A DNA stretch of 64,000 nucleotides from a virus: positions 1 to 64,000 of IMG/VR virus record IMGVR_UViG_3300009285_000003; one strand, written 5' to 3'. The position numbers and the translations under genes were made by a program. Shown here in pieces: positions 15,876 to 24,755 of this stretch. The stretch's first letter is position 1. The number at the start of each line of letters is the position of its first letter. The notes below the pieces were generated by a model. The model did not search any database. It was not told where the DNA came from and saw only the letters and a list, made by a program, of their open reading frames with translations.

Positions 15876-16686
15876 CCCTCACGATGTCGTAGATATATTG
15901 AGCTGTTTTCTTACCCACTCCCTTAACTTCCATTAACTCCTTCACTGACGCTCTAGTAACATCTTCAATAGTGTGAAACTTACGCAGAAGCTTAGCTGCT
16001 AAGTCAGGCCCAACAGTAGGAATTCCCGTTAGGACCTGTTCTGGTATGGTCAGGGGCTCCAAAGACGGCTGAGTGGGTCGGTAGGGCCGCCGTAGGGAAT
16101 CGTGCCTGTCATTACCCAGGTAGTAGTAGATGTCCTTGATACGTTTGGGGGTGTCCTTGAGCGAGGGGGAGAAAATTAGCAACGCTCCAGCTAGCTGAAG
16201 TGTCACTAAATAGTCCCCAATTGCAGAGTATTTCCACCTGGTTCCGACTGTGTACCAGTCGCTGATGATGTTCACCTGGTCGTTGTAGACTTCTAATTGA
16301 CCCTCGATGAGAATGAAGACTAGACGGTTGGGAGGCAGATACTCTATCTCTTCTCCTGGGTCCACAAAGATTACTTGCCCTTTACCCAACTGTTCTGTGA
16401 TGGAGAACTTCTCTGCCTGAAACTTAACTATAAGTTGAGGAGGAGCCATCAATCTCCTCATCTGCTCAGCTAGTTCTCCACTCTGTATCTTCTGAAGCAG
16501 ATTAGAGTAGGTCATCCTCTCAATGAGGACCTCAATCTCTTCTCCTGTAGTACTGTCCTTCCTGGTAAAGCGATAGTCCCCTGTTTCCATAAGTTTTCGC
16601 TCTGCCTGAACATTCTCAGCCAGAAGACCGGCATAGATAGCTAAGGGCTCTCGCTCATCTACTTCAATTGGAGAAAGGACAGTCAT
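15856..16686 (-). CDS. ERCC4/XPF-Mus81-type nuclease with C-terminal (HhH)2 domain
   Basis: ORF track, 276 aa. The nuclease motif is GDYRF...VLIERMTYSNLLQKIQSGELAEQ (GDx..ERKxxxD-like). The C-terminus reads GIPTVGPDLAAKLL...VKGVGKKTAQYI. Confidence 0.65.
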   Translation of the reverse strand: MTVLSPIEVDEREPLAIYAGLLAENVQAERKLMETGDYRFTRKDSTTGEEIEVLIERMTYSNLLQKIQSGELAEQMRRLMAPPQLIVKFQAEKFSITEQLGKGQVIFVDPGEEIEYLPPNRLVFILIEGQLEVYNDQVNIISDWYTVGTRWKYSAIGDYLVTLQLAGALLIFSPSLKDTPKRIKDIYYYLGNDRHDSLRRPYRPTQPSLEPLTIPEQVLTGIPTVGPDLAAKLLRKFHTIEDVTRASVKELMEVKGVGKKTAQYIYDIVRGGSNDN

Positions 16687-17056
16687 TGCTCTCTAACCAC
16701 TCCAGGAAATCTCCAAGGGATTTAAACGTACAATCTGCCAGAGTATAGAACTGACTCTCCACCCAACCAATTACCACTACCCAAGCACAAGTACTAAGGG
16801 CATATCCATATTCGACATGTCTTCCTCCCCTACTTTTAGTATTTGGCTCTTCTGTAAAGAATACACATACATCTGCTTCTCGTATACGCTCCATATCTTC
16901 CTGGGCACAATCTTCCCATTTAGATCGATAGTCAGAATCTGGAATGGCTGTCCACAACCAACTACTAACTACCTCATGTCCTAAAGACCTAAGAGTTTCA
17001 GCGTGCCTTCGTAGTTCCCTTCTACGTTGAAAGTCAGCCCCTAGATAAATCTTCAT
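16664..17056 (-). CDS. nucleoside 2-deoxyribosyltransferase-like protein
   Basis: ORF track, 130 aa. MKIYLGADF...ADVCVFF...GGRHVEYGYAL resembles the family. The call is tentative. Confidence 0.45.
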   Translation of the reverse strand: MKIYLGADFQRRRELRRHAETLRSLGHEVVSSWLWTAIPDSDYRSKWEDCAQEDMERIREADVCVFFTEEPNTKSRGGRHVEYGYALSTCAWVVVIGWVESQFYTLADCTFKSLGDFLEWLESNDCPFSN

Positions 17057-17223
17057 GTATTAGGGTACTCCTCGTAGTGCTCATCATCATAGTAATCAAG
17101 GACTTCATCATAGGTAAGCCCCCGTACCTCTATTAAGTCCAGGCAGTGCCCACAAACATATACCTCATTTCCGATGTTGGCAACTGCCGGAGCCGGGCAA
17201 AATTGGCAATCCCTTTCATTCAT
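17053..17223 (-). CDS. small zinc-ribbon protein, 56 aa
   Basis: MNERDCQFCPAP...VCGHCLD. Its stop overlaps the downstream ATG (ATGA). Confidence 0.5.
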   Translation of the reverse strand: MNERDCQFCPAPAVANIGNEVYVCGHCLDLIEVRGLTYDEVLDYYDDEHYEEYPNT

Positions 17224-17372
17224 ACTTGCAGTCCTCCGTTGAGTGTGGTAAGATCGTCATGAGGGATGCTGACCGTTGGTGCCGACGATACCTCACAGTC
17301 GGGAAAGGAGACTCTTTTTAGAGTCTCTTTTTCATCTCCCTCCCCATCCTCCCGAACCAACTGGACAGCCAT
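17220..17372 (-). CDS. possible 50-aa ORF carrying element copy 3 in frame
   Basis: MAVQLVREDGEGDEKETLKRVSFPDCEVSSAPTVSIPHDDLTTLNGGLQV. Its stop overlaps the ATG of 17053-17223 (ATGA). The RBS is weak. Confidence 0.3.
   Translation of the reverse strand: MAVQLVREDGEGDEKETLKRVSFPDCEVSSAPTVSIPHDDLTTLNGGLQV
17261..17298 (-). repeat. dispersed element copy 3
   Basis: The plus strand reads GAGGGATGCTGACC at 17261-17274. The minus-strand flank CTGTGAGGTATCGTCGGCACCAAC matches copies 4, 5 and 6. Confidence 0.8.
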
Positions 17373-17465
17373 CCCCTGCAAAATGCTCTCTCAGTACCAT
17401 ATCTGACTCTCCTTCCAAGCTAGGGCCACCAGAAAAACAACAACAGCAACAACAAGAAGGTCCAT

Positions 17466-17714
17466 TTAATCTTCCTTTCCATATGCCTCAGGATGGATTA
17501 GGTATCCTAGTATCTTAGCTGCTTCTTCCGCACTATTTCTATCTCTGAAGTAAGCTAAAGGGATTCCTGCCCATCTGCCATCTACTACCTTGTTAAGGTA
17601 CAGAGCAAAACTCACTCGGGAGGGAAGCCTGCTGATGTTGATAGAAAATACATCCTTTCCATCTTGCTCCAGTCCCCAGCCTGCATACTCAAACTTACCC
17701 TCTGTGTAAATCAT
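17466..17714 (-). CDS. hypothetical protein
   Basis: ORF track, 82 aa. Confidence 0.6.
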   Translation of the reverse strand: MIYTEGKFEYAGWGLEQDGKDVFSINISRLPSRVSFALYLNKVVDGRWAGIPLAYFRDRNSAEEAAKILGYLIHPEAYGKED

Positions 17715-18055
17715 TCTGCCGCCTCTGCACTCCTGAATTCTCCCCTATGCCACTTAAGCTCACTCTGATGTATCTCATACAACAGATTCACCACTTCCCA
17801 AAGTTTGTCTACCTCCTCTGCTACTGCTTCAATGGACTTGCCGATGCCCTCTGCTGTTAGAACTACTGGCTGTAGTATCGGAGTAGCTTCTGGAATATCT
17901 GGGTCATATCCAGTACCTTCACAAAAAGCACACTCAGCATAGTGGTTCATGTCTGGGTCATATGGATGAGTTACCAAATACTCTCCAGTACCACCGCACC
18001 CTTCACACCTCCAACTCATGCCTGTACCATCAAATCCGTATACACCTTTATCCAT
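17711..18055 (-). CDS. protein with DnaJ-type CxxCxGxG zinc finger
   Basis: ORF track, 114 aa. It contains CEGCGGTG and CAFCEGTG. Confidence 0.6.
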   Translation of the reverse strand: MDKGVYGFDGTGMSWRCEGCGGTGEYLVTHPYDPDMNHYAECAFCEGTGYDPDIPEATPILQPVVLTAEGIGKSIEAVAEEVDKLWEVVNLLYEIHQSELKWHRGEFRSAEAAE

Positions 18056-18786
18056 TCCTTAGGGTAGTCCTTGGGGAAACTCAGCACCTTCAACTTCTCA
18101 AAGGTGGGGTCCCACATAGTCCTGCCATTGAGGGTCTTGTCATACGCATTCCGCTCAATAACAACTCCCATCCGATTCTCCATGCCATTAGCAGTCATGC
18201 GAGTATCACTCACTGCCTGAAGAATCCATTGAGTATAGTGGCCATTGCTGTTAAACCCAGCAGCCTTGTAGACTCCCTCTTCTTTCTTGCTCCTACCTGA
18301 CCAGACATCGCGAGCCTGATTGGTCATGATGAAGTTGACTCCACTGACATTGATCTTCTTAAGCAGGGTCTTCATTCTAGCATTAGCAGCAACATACTTC
18401 TGAGCCAGTGTCTCAGCATCCTCGGGTACCATGGCGGTCGTCCATGTTTCCCAAATAGAAGATGCTCCATCCCACACCAGTGTCCCCTGCCCCTCTCGAA
18501 TAGCTGCTTTGGAAATCTCCTCCAGTTTATTCACCATGGCCATGGCAACTCCCTGATTTAGGTCTATGTCTACAGGTAGGTTGAAGTCTACATACTTGAT
18601 CTCCTCGTTAGCTTTTCCCATCTGTTCTACTAGGTGGTCAATGGGTTGGTCTGCATTAACATAGAACAGTGGTTTAGGACAGGTCATACAAAGCCTACTT
18701 TTACCCAGTTTAGGAGGACCCCACACATTGATACCAAAGGTCTTGTTCTGACGGGGAGTAAAAGTCTCCCATACAAATTCACTCAT
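18016..18786 (-). CDS. AAA_24/Sak4-like ATPase
   Basis: ORF track, 256 aa. The Walker A motif is GPPKLGKS. It sits in a recombination/replication module. Confidence 0.65.
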   Translation of the reverse strand: MSEFVWETFTPRQNKTFGINVWGPPKLGKSRLCMTCPKPLFYVNADQPIDHLVEQMGKANEEIKYVDFNLPVDIDLNQGVAMAMVNKLEEISKAAIREGQGTLVWDGASSIWETWTTAMVPEDAETLAQKYVAANARMKTLLKKINVSGVNFIMTNQARDVWSGRSKKEEGVYKAAGFNSNGHYTQWILQAVSDTRMTANGMENRMGVVIERNAYDKTLNGRTMWDPTFEKLKVLSFPKDYPKEWIKVYTDLMVQA

Positions 18787-18964
18787 CGTCTACTTCTTCT
18801 CCGACTGCTATGAGTACTCTATACGCAATGTCCTCCACCTCACAGGCAACACAAGGACCCCCCTCTGTAACAGACTTATAGGTATGATGGTGGAGAAGGT
18901 CATAAATCCTACGAACCTCCTGGATGACTTGAACTATGGTATATCCAGAAGCTACCTCACTCAT
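18779..18964 (-). CDS. hypothetical protein
   Basis: ORF track, 61 aa. Confidence 0.55.
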   Translation of the reverse strand: MSEVASGYTIVQVIQEVRRIYDLLHHHTYKSVTEGGPCVACEVEDIAYRVLIAVGEEVDDE

Positions 18965-19805
18965 TTTCAGTACTCCTATCTACTTCTTCACAAGCGTTTC
19001 TGAAATCACAGTAATTACACTGCCAATCACTACCAGGAGTAAACTCCTTCTGCGCCGGAGTACCCGTATCAGCCAATCTAATCAACCACTCTCCTCGCTG
19101 CTTATAGAACTCCACTGTCTCCAAATTCAGGGGCACCCATTCCTCATAGAGATCAGTGGGCATTTTCTCCCACCGCTCAATCTCATCCACCAGGTCCGCA
19201 CCAGGTAGTATCTTACTGGCTGCAGAGTGTAGTTTCTTGAGTTTGATAGTCCGCTGTTTCTTAGCTTCTGATGGATCCTTACAGAAAACTTCTATTAGTG
19301 TCCCTTCAGAACCCATCACTGCAGCTTGAAACATACATTGTACCCAATAGTTGTAAGCTGCTTCTCTAACCCCTTCAGTAGCAATATCCACAAACTTACT
19401 GGCAGAGAGATACTTCAACTCCACTGGGAAGCGGTGAGCTAGCCTACTACCATTAGACACGTTAGCCACTCTGTCTGGGTTGACTACCACTACCCCCTCG
19501 TAGGTGTAAGAGGGGGTCCTGAGCAGAAAGATCCCGGTATCCTCGTCTTCTAGTAGGGGAGCAACTGCGGCCTCGTTGAAATGTCCCTGGTTTCTGGCAT
19601 ATACCCCATGCTCATTAGGAGGATTAGTTACCTCCTGACCAATCATAGTAAACCACTGCTTCCTCATACAGTCAGTAATCTGGCTGGAATGAGGGCGGCT
19701 GAGGCCCAGAGACGCTTGTCTCTGAGCCTCAACCTTTGCTAGATTCTTGAAGAAGATAGACCTGAGTCGAATGCCGTTAATTGGCTGACTGATAGGTTCC
19801 ATCAT
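18957..19805 (-). CDS. PD-(D/E)XK nuclease, Cas4/RecB-like with Cys cluster
   Basis: ORF track, 282 aa. An N-terminal Cys (ITDCMRK) pairs with the C-terminal CNYCDFRNAC (CX2CX5C). Confidence 0.65.
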   Translation of the reverse strand: MMEPISQPINGIRLRSIFFKNLAKVEAQRQASLGLSRPHSSQITDCMRKQWFTMIGQEVTNPPNEHGVYARNQGHFNEAAVAPLLEDEDTGIFLLRTPSYTYEGVVVVNPDRVANVSNGSRLAHRFPVELKYLSASKFVDIATEGVREAAYNYWVQCMFQAAVMGSEGTLIEVFCKDPSEAKKQRTIKLKKLHSAASKILPGADLVDEIERWEKMPTDLYEEWVPLNLETVEFYKQRGEWLIRLADTGTPAQKEFTPGSDWQCNYCDFRNACEEVDRSTENE

Positions 19806-20538
19806 CTCCCAGCTTTAGCTTCCCCTCGGAGAGAAGTCGCTCAACGGTGGAGCCATCGTTGATGCCGGTAAGAATCTCCTCCTTCATCAGTCCTGGTACT
19901 GCAGTCACTCGTCGGAGAGCATCCTGCGGAGACGTTGCTAACGTTCCAACAAACACCCCAACCAGAGCACTGTCTAAGTCAGCCTCTGTTAAGGGAGTAG
20001 AGGCGGCAATCGTAGCCGGGGTGACAGCAGAAATTGCACTACCATCTCTAGCCTTGCGCTGCCAAATGGGCATAGCCTGATCTGCCGGATGGACGTACCC
20101 ATTGGCGAGGTGCTTAATAGGCACGAAGTACCGTTTCTCCACTGCCGAGCCGTCTTCTCTCTTGAGTCCACCGTACGTGATGGAGCGACGCTCAATCTCA
20201 AAGATTTGTCCCCGGCCTACTGCTGGGTCGTTATTCGCCACAAAGCCCAGGTCGTGAAACCCCTGAAGCACATTGCCATTGGGGGTACCCTTACCCTGGA
20301 CCACCCCACGCTTATCCGTCACCTTCACCCGGTCAACCAGGGGGATCTCCTGACCAAACTCATCAAGGTTGCGGACACTAAGTAACTGCCACTCCCGAGT
20401 AATCACATAGGCTTCCGGTACGACATTACCGTCTCGGTCCGTAGCAGGTTCGTAACCAGCCTTGACCAAACGAGCGACAATCCGCATAGGCTGCTCGGTC
20501 GTCATGGCCTCGGTCAAGTTAATGTTCAAATCAACCAT
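19777..20538 (-). CDS. putative ssDNA-binding protein (DUF2815-like by position)
   Basis: The ORF track gives 19777-20556. ATG 20538 is preceded by GAGGAG. It lies between the nuclease and ATPase genes. Function is inferred from module order only. Confidence 0.4.
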   Translation of the reverse strand: MVDLNINLTEAMTTEQPMRIVARLVKAGYEPATDRDGNVVPEAYVITREWQLLSVRNLDEFGQEIPLVDRVKVTDKRGVVQGKGTPNGNVLQGFHDLGFVANNDPAVGRGQIFEIERRSITYGGLKREDGSAVEKRYFVPIKHLANGYVHPADQAMPIWQRKARDGSAISAVTPATIAASTPLTEADLDSALVGVFVGTLATSPQDALRRVTAVPGLMKEEILTGINDGSTVERLLSEGKLKLGDDGTYQSAN

Positions 20539-20785
20539 TGTACTCTTTCTCCTCATTTGTTCTTACGAACTTGGTTAGCCTTGGCTCTCGTTGTATCTTC
20601 TGTTCTTTTGTTGTAGGTTCTCTCCTTACTTGTATCAACTCAAACTCCCTGTCACACTGTAGACACGTAAACCCGTCCTTAATATATGGTAAATACTCAT
20701 CCCTCTCCAGTATCAGGTTCCCCTGACACCGGGGACACTTTATGACTGTCATCCCTCTGAACACCTCGGGTAAGATTGTGGACAT
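20531..20785 (-). CDS. zinc-ribbon protein
   Basis: ORF track, 84 aa. It contains CPRC...CLQC. It overlaps the 3' end of the upstream ORF. Confidence 0.5.
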   Translation of the reverse strand: MSTILPEVFRGMTVIKCPRCQGNLILERDEYLPYIKDGFTCLQCDREFELIQVRREPTTKEQKIQREPRLTKFVRTNEEKEYNG

Positions 20786-21038
20786 GCTCTGCTAAATTGG
20801 CCATAAGAGGAACTTTAGCCACCTGTACCAATTCCGCAGCTTCCAGGAAGAGGTCTTCAATTTCCTCATAGCACTCAGGGGCTAGATGAAGAATCTCAAC
20901 TCTAAGTGCCAATAGTTGAGAAGCTAGGGAATCTATAGCAACTTCAAGGCTGTAGTAGTCCCTAACCCTAGAATCAGCTACAGGAGGAATCCCTACAATA
21001 GAACTCTCCGCAGAAAGCTCTTCTTCGTTTTCATTCAT
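20697..21038 (-). CDS. hypothetical acidic protein
   Basis: ORF track, 113 aa. Confidence 0.5.
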   Translation of the reverse strand: MNENEEELSAESSIVGIPPVADSRVRDYYSLEVAIDSLASQLLALRVEILHLAPECYEEIEDLFLEAAELVQVAKVPLMANLAEHVHNLTRGVQRDDSHKVSPVSGEPDTGEG

Positions 21039-21163
21039 TAAGCGACCCTTCCCTATTTATATCCTCTGTCTTCAAGGCAAGAAACACGTCTCCATTTTCG
21101 TCCTCAAAGGTTGTCCAAATATCCCCTAGCTCGAAAGTGTATTGTAACCACCGTGTACTTGTG

Positions 21164-21622
21164 TTACTCATCCGCATACTCCAGAAATATTGGTGTTATT
21201 CGTACGTTGTGTCCTGCATCCTCTGCTCCCTTACGACAGAGCCTGAAGTACCAGAACTTGTCCTTGGGTAGGAACCTCATATTCTTAACAGCCCCTAAGT
21301 AATTGGTTCCTTCTTTAGCTTCCTCCTGTAAAGATACTGACTTAATGGTTGCTGGAGTCATGAAAGTAATTGACTCCATGATTCTGTCTACTTCTTCTGG
21401 ATAGGCGGGAGGAGCAACGGACAGTTCTCCAACATCTACTGTCCACCGTACTTCACCTTCTCCCTCAGCCATCCATCCCCAAATAAGGTTGACCATACTA
21501 CCTTCTCTGTAATCAGGCGGTGGGATTATCCTCATCTCATGGACAGTATTGGTCCCACCGGGAGCCTTAACATAGACTCTATTGCCAGGTTCATTCCAGA
21601 CGAAGATAGGATGTTGCTTCAA
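21164..21622 (-). CDS. hypothetical protein
   Basis: ORF track, 152 aa. Confidence 0.6.
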   Translation of the reverse strand: MKQHPIFVWNEPGNRVYVKAPGGTNTVHEMRIIPPPDYREGSMVNLIWGWMAEGEGEVRWTVDVGELSVAPPAYPEEVDRIMESITFMTPATIKSVSLQEEAKEGTNYLGAVKNMRFLPKDKFWYFRLCRKGAEDAGHNVRITPIFLEYADE

Positions 21623-21846
21623 AGGTGGTTTTCTCTGATGTACTGCCAGACCAAATTGAAGTGCTCCCTAGTCTCACGTATGTTCTTCTTGCTATTGGTA
21701 GTTGCTGCCTCATTCATTGCCTTATGTGCTTCTTCCAAGTCTTCCCTAGTGTACCCCATGTAGTAGGGAGGAGGCGTTGTTGGCACATCTGCATCCCAGC
21801 CTCCGGGAGGGGGGGCGTCTGCAGCATCGATCAACTCGTACTTCAT
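21619..21846 (-). CDS. hypothetical protein
   Basis: ORF track, 75 aa. It has an ATGA overlap with the downstream gene. Confidence 0.6.
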   Translation of the reverse strand: MKYELIDAADAPPPGGWDADVPTTPPPYYMGYTREDLEEAHKAMNEAATTNSKKNIRETREHFNLVWQYIRENHL

Positions 21847-22022
21847 CTTACCACCTCCTCAGGTGTGTTGTCAACTGTGCCAATAAGAGGGCATCCACAC
21901 TGATCTGCCATAATACATCCTGTGCAGTAGTAGTATCCATCCCAACACGGGCCATCATCCTCCTGCCAAACCGCTGGCTCAAAGTTCTCCTGGCATCTAG
22001 GGCAAACTCTCTCACTCAACAA
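21843..22022 (-). CDS. possible Cys-rich zinc-binding protein, 59 aa (TTG start)
   Basis: LLSERVCPRCQENF...YYYCTGC...CGC. RBS AGGAGGGA lies upstream. Its stop overlaps ATG 21846. It has no ATG, so it is absent from the ORF track. Confidence 0.35.
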   Translation of the reverse strand: MLSERVCPRCQENFEPAVWQEDDGPCWDGYYYCTGCIMADQCGCPLIGTVDNTPEEVVR

Positions 22023-22085
22023 CTCTCCATCCCTCCTCTTTCAGATAGGAGTTCTTGTGTACTCCACACACTACAATTCTTACCA
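22011..22085 (-). pseudogene. 24-aa remnant paralogous to the C-terminus of 22145-22375
   Basis: MVRIVVCGVHKNSYLKEEGWRVVE compares with ...VIGVCGIHKNSLLRTGEWELLYD. Nucleotide similarity is visible. Confidence 0.3.
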
Positions 22086-22144
22086 TAGTCTGTCTCCAGG
22101 CTAAATTGTACTTTGGCCAGTACCAACATCTCCGACCACTTGCT

Positions 22145-22375
22145 TTAGTTGCTTCGCAGGTCATAGAGAAGCTCCCATTCTCCAGTCCTTAGAAGAGAGT
22201 TTTTGTGTATCCCACACACCCCAATTACCTCATCCTGATTCCCTTTAGTGTATATGCGATACTTACCCCTATAGAAACAGGGTCCAGTAAACCACCCCTT
22301 TATAGGTATGTGACAGTAGTCTAATACCTCGTGCAAGCCTTCTATACAAAACTTGCATCCTGTTTTCAAATTCAT
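22145..22375 (-). CDS. hypothetical Cys/His-containing protein
   Basis: ORF track, 76 aa. Confidence 0.6.
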   Translation of the reverse strand: MNLKTGCKFCIEGLHEVLDYCHIPIKGWFTGPCFYRGKYRIYTKGNQDEVIGVCGIHKNSLLRTGEWELLYDLRSN

Positions 22376-23835
22376 AATGGTCCTAATTCTCCTACTGCTT
22401 CAACGAAATATTTAGGGAACTTACCCCTCTTCACTTGCGACTGATAGAAATAGTATGCCCACCTATCGAGGATGTAGGAGATACAGAAGTCTGAAGCCGT
22501 CCTCATTCCCCTGCCATACATCTGAATAAGTGTACTACTAATTTCTGCATTCTCTATCGCCTTATTCTCTCTCCTTCGCTGGGCTACCCTGGGATCTCCC
22601 AGGTAGGGAATAGGCAGCTTAGCAATGATCTGAAACCTGAGTAGGTCTCCCGGTAGGTCTACCCCAGTAGTCATGCTGGGGGAAATGAGTACCTTACTAC
22701 CTAAGCTCTCCTTGAACTCTGCTAGTACTAACTCCCTATTAGTAGAGCTATGCCACATAAACCGATCCCTGAAGATGCTCCTCTTCAAAATCTCATCTCT
22801 AAGATGATAGGAAACGGTATGTACCAGCCCCTTCTCATTAGGATGATGTTTCCCAAGTATGAGATCAATGGCTCCAACCAACTGAGTCTTTGCATCCTCA
22901 CTCATGTTCCTCTGTACCTTCACTACTGGCCGAAAGAGTATTGGTCGTCTCCATGCCTCAAAGGTACTGGGTATCTCGACTACCCGGAAGTCTTTGAAGC
23001 CAAGCATATTGGCAGCAAACTCCGGATCGACGCTCGCACTTGATAGGATAACTCGATTGGCGCTGCTATGCAAGGGGTAGGACCAACTGGGCGTAACCCA
23101 CACCGGCTTGAACTCGAACTTCCTGGTATCTAATTGGTCAATAACCCAATTATCATCTGTAAGGGCCGCCTTAACGGCCTCTAGCCTACCCTTCATCTCC
23201 TTATAGGTCTCTTCATCCTGGTCTTCCTGTTCTACTACCTGTACCCCTGCTGCCCAGTTATGCCATCGTTCTGGGTCAGGGGAATACGGAAACTCCTCTG
23301 TGAACCATCGCTGATGCTTAGGTTCTAACTTGAAGTCCCACGTACCGAGCAGCGTCTTCTCCAGTTCATGTGCCTCATCCATAATGACAGTACGTATGTT
23401 CTTGAACAGCTTGCCATAGTACTTCTGTCGCACATAGAAGGCGTAGTTAGTTACTACAATGGGAGCAGTATAGGTTTGCTGTGCTTTGACGTAGTAGGGA
23501 CACTCTCCCATGTATTCACAGCCTCTACAAGCTCTTGCTTCACTGGCTACACCAGCATTTTGGTATCCTACTTCACAGAAGTAATTCTGCTTGCCCTTGA
23601 TGTCCAAAGAGTACCCTGGAAACTGACTTTTGTATTGCTGCTGTAGTTGTTTTGTTACACAGAGTATTACTGCTGGCAAACCCTGCTCTGCTATTGCGAA
23701 GTTGACCACTGATTTACCACTGCCCGTAGGACCTATGACTACTACACACTTCTCAGGTGCAGCTAGAACTTCCTCTATGGCATTGACTTGTCCTAGATAG
23801 AGATTGGGATAGAGAGTGGATACGGCTTTAGCCAC
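22372..23835 (-). CDS. SF2 DEAH helicase, XPD/DinG (Rad3)-like with putative Fe-S cysteine cluster
   Basis: ORF track, 487 aa, GTG start. Motifs seen are GPTGSGKS, DEAHEL and the Cys cluster CEVG...CRGCEYMGECPYY. Confidence 0.75.
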   Translation of the reverse strand: MAKAVSTLYPNLYLGQVNAIEEVLAAPEKCVVVIGPTGSGKSVVNFAIAEQGLPAVILCVTKQLQQQYKSQFPGYSLDIKGKQNYFCEVGYQNAGVASEARACRGCEYMGECPYYVKAQQTYTAPIVVTNYAFYVRQKYYGKLFKNIRTVIMDEAHELEKTLLGTWDFKLEPKHQRWFTEEFPYSPDPERWHNWAAGVQVVEQEDQDEETYKEMKGRLEAVKAALTDDNWVIDQLDTRKFEFKPVWVTPSWSYPLHSSANRVILSSASVDPEFAANMLGFKDFRVVEIPSTFEAWRRPILFRPVVKVQRNMSEDAKTQLVGAIDLILGKHHPNEKGLVHTVSYHLRDEILKRSIFRDRFMWHSSTNRELVLAEFKESLGSKVLISPSMTTGVDLPGDLLRFQIIAKLPIPYLGDPRVAQRRRENKAIENAEISSTLIQMYGRGMRTASDFCISYILDRWAYYFYQSQVKRGKFPKYFVEAVGELGPL

Positions 23836-23985
23836 TCATCCACCACCACCAATAGGTATACCATCGCTAACTACTTCAGGATGACGTGGTATAGCTTCCA
23901 TCCATACACCTTAGTAAGTCCTCTACCCTCTCCCCATTTCTCTCTACTGCTTCACGTAATTGGCTTTGTGCAGTTGTCATTACTC

Positions 23986-24561
23986 TTATTCATCTCCCCA
24001 CTCACTAATTCTCTGACTCAACGCATGATACTGTGGGTACATACCCAGAAAAGCCAGTGCTGATTGTACACTTCTCAACTGTATCGCCTTATTCTTACAC
24101 ACCTTAGTCCAAAAGGGATCTTGCACACTCTCTACAAACTCTTGCATGTAGCTTAGTTCTCTGGCTACTGCATCAGGATCTCCTACCTGTATGTATTCGT
24201 GGAGGGGGCCTTCAAATGCAGAGAGATGCTGGCGGAATTGGGTAATACGTTTAAGCTCCATGACACGTCCCAATGATGCCATTGTCCATCGAGCATATTG
24301 ATTGGCAGGGCTTCCAGCATCTCGCATACCATGTGCAAGTACCAATTCATAGACGGCGTGCCTAGCAAAGGAGGCAACATTTGTACCATATCTCAAATCT
24401 TCTCTATTCACCAGTACCTGTATTTGCTTCAACAGAGACTCAGGAAGTCTGAAGGCGACAACCTTGTCAAACTCTTCCTCATGACTTTCTGTCCACCAGT
24501 CATCCCTATCCGCCGCTTCTGGTAGAAGGTGGGTGTCAAATGGTCTAGTCTTCTTTGTCAA
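23986..24561 (-). CDS. hypothetical protein
   Basis: ORF track, 191 aa. Confidence 0.6.
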   Translation of the reverse strand: MTKKTRPFDTHLLPEAADRDDWWTESHEEEFDKVVAFRLPESLLKQIQVLVNREDLRYGTNVASFARHAVYELVLAHGMRDAGSPANQYARWTMASLGRVMELKRITQFRQHLSAFEGPLHEYIQVGDPDAVARELSYMQEFVESVQDPFWTKVCKNKAIQLRSVQSALAFLGMYPQYHALSQRISEWGDE

Positions 24562-24755
24562 GAGCTAGTTTCCTCCACTCGGTGTATTAGGGTAGCCCTA
24601 TAGTTATCCAGAGCTTTTTCCCAGTTCTCTGGAATGGTACCATCAAAGAACCACTCAAAAAATTGAGTTACCTCATCAACTATTCTTAACACCTCTGTTA
24701 GGTTTTTGTACTCCTCATCGTTCTCCGTCAGGATGACATTACCAACTCTCTTCAC
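24558..24755 (-). CDS. hypothetical protein
   Basis: ORF track, 65 aa. Confidence 0.6.
   Translation of the reverse strand: MKRVGNVILTENDEEYKNLTEVLRIVDEVTQFFEWFFDGTIPENWEKALDNYRATLIHRVEETSS

Noticed and set aside
17395-17460. A CAA/CAG-rich simple repeat (CAACAACAGCAACAACAAGAAG).
   Set aside because: It is short and imperfect, lies in an intergenic spacer, and has no array structure. It is not CRISPR-like.
20748-20758. Partial matches to the dispersed element: GTCATCCCTCT at 20748-20758, TGAGGTATCGT at 29901-29911 and CATCCCTCCTC at about 22028-22038.
   Set aside because: Each matches only 9-11 nt of one half of the element. They have the wrong orientation relative to transcription and no flanking similarity. 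They are within reach of chance.
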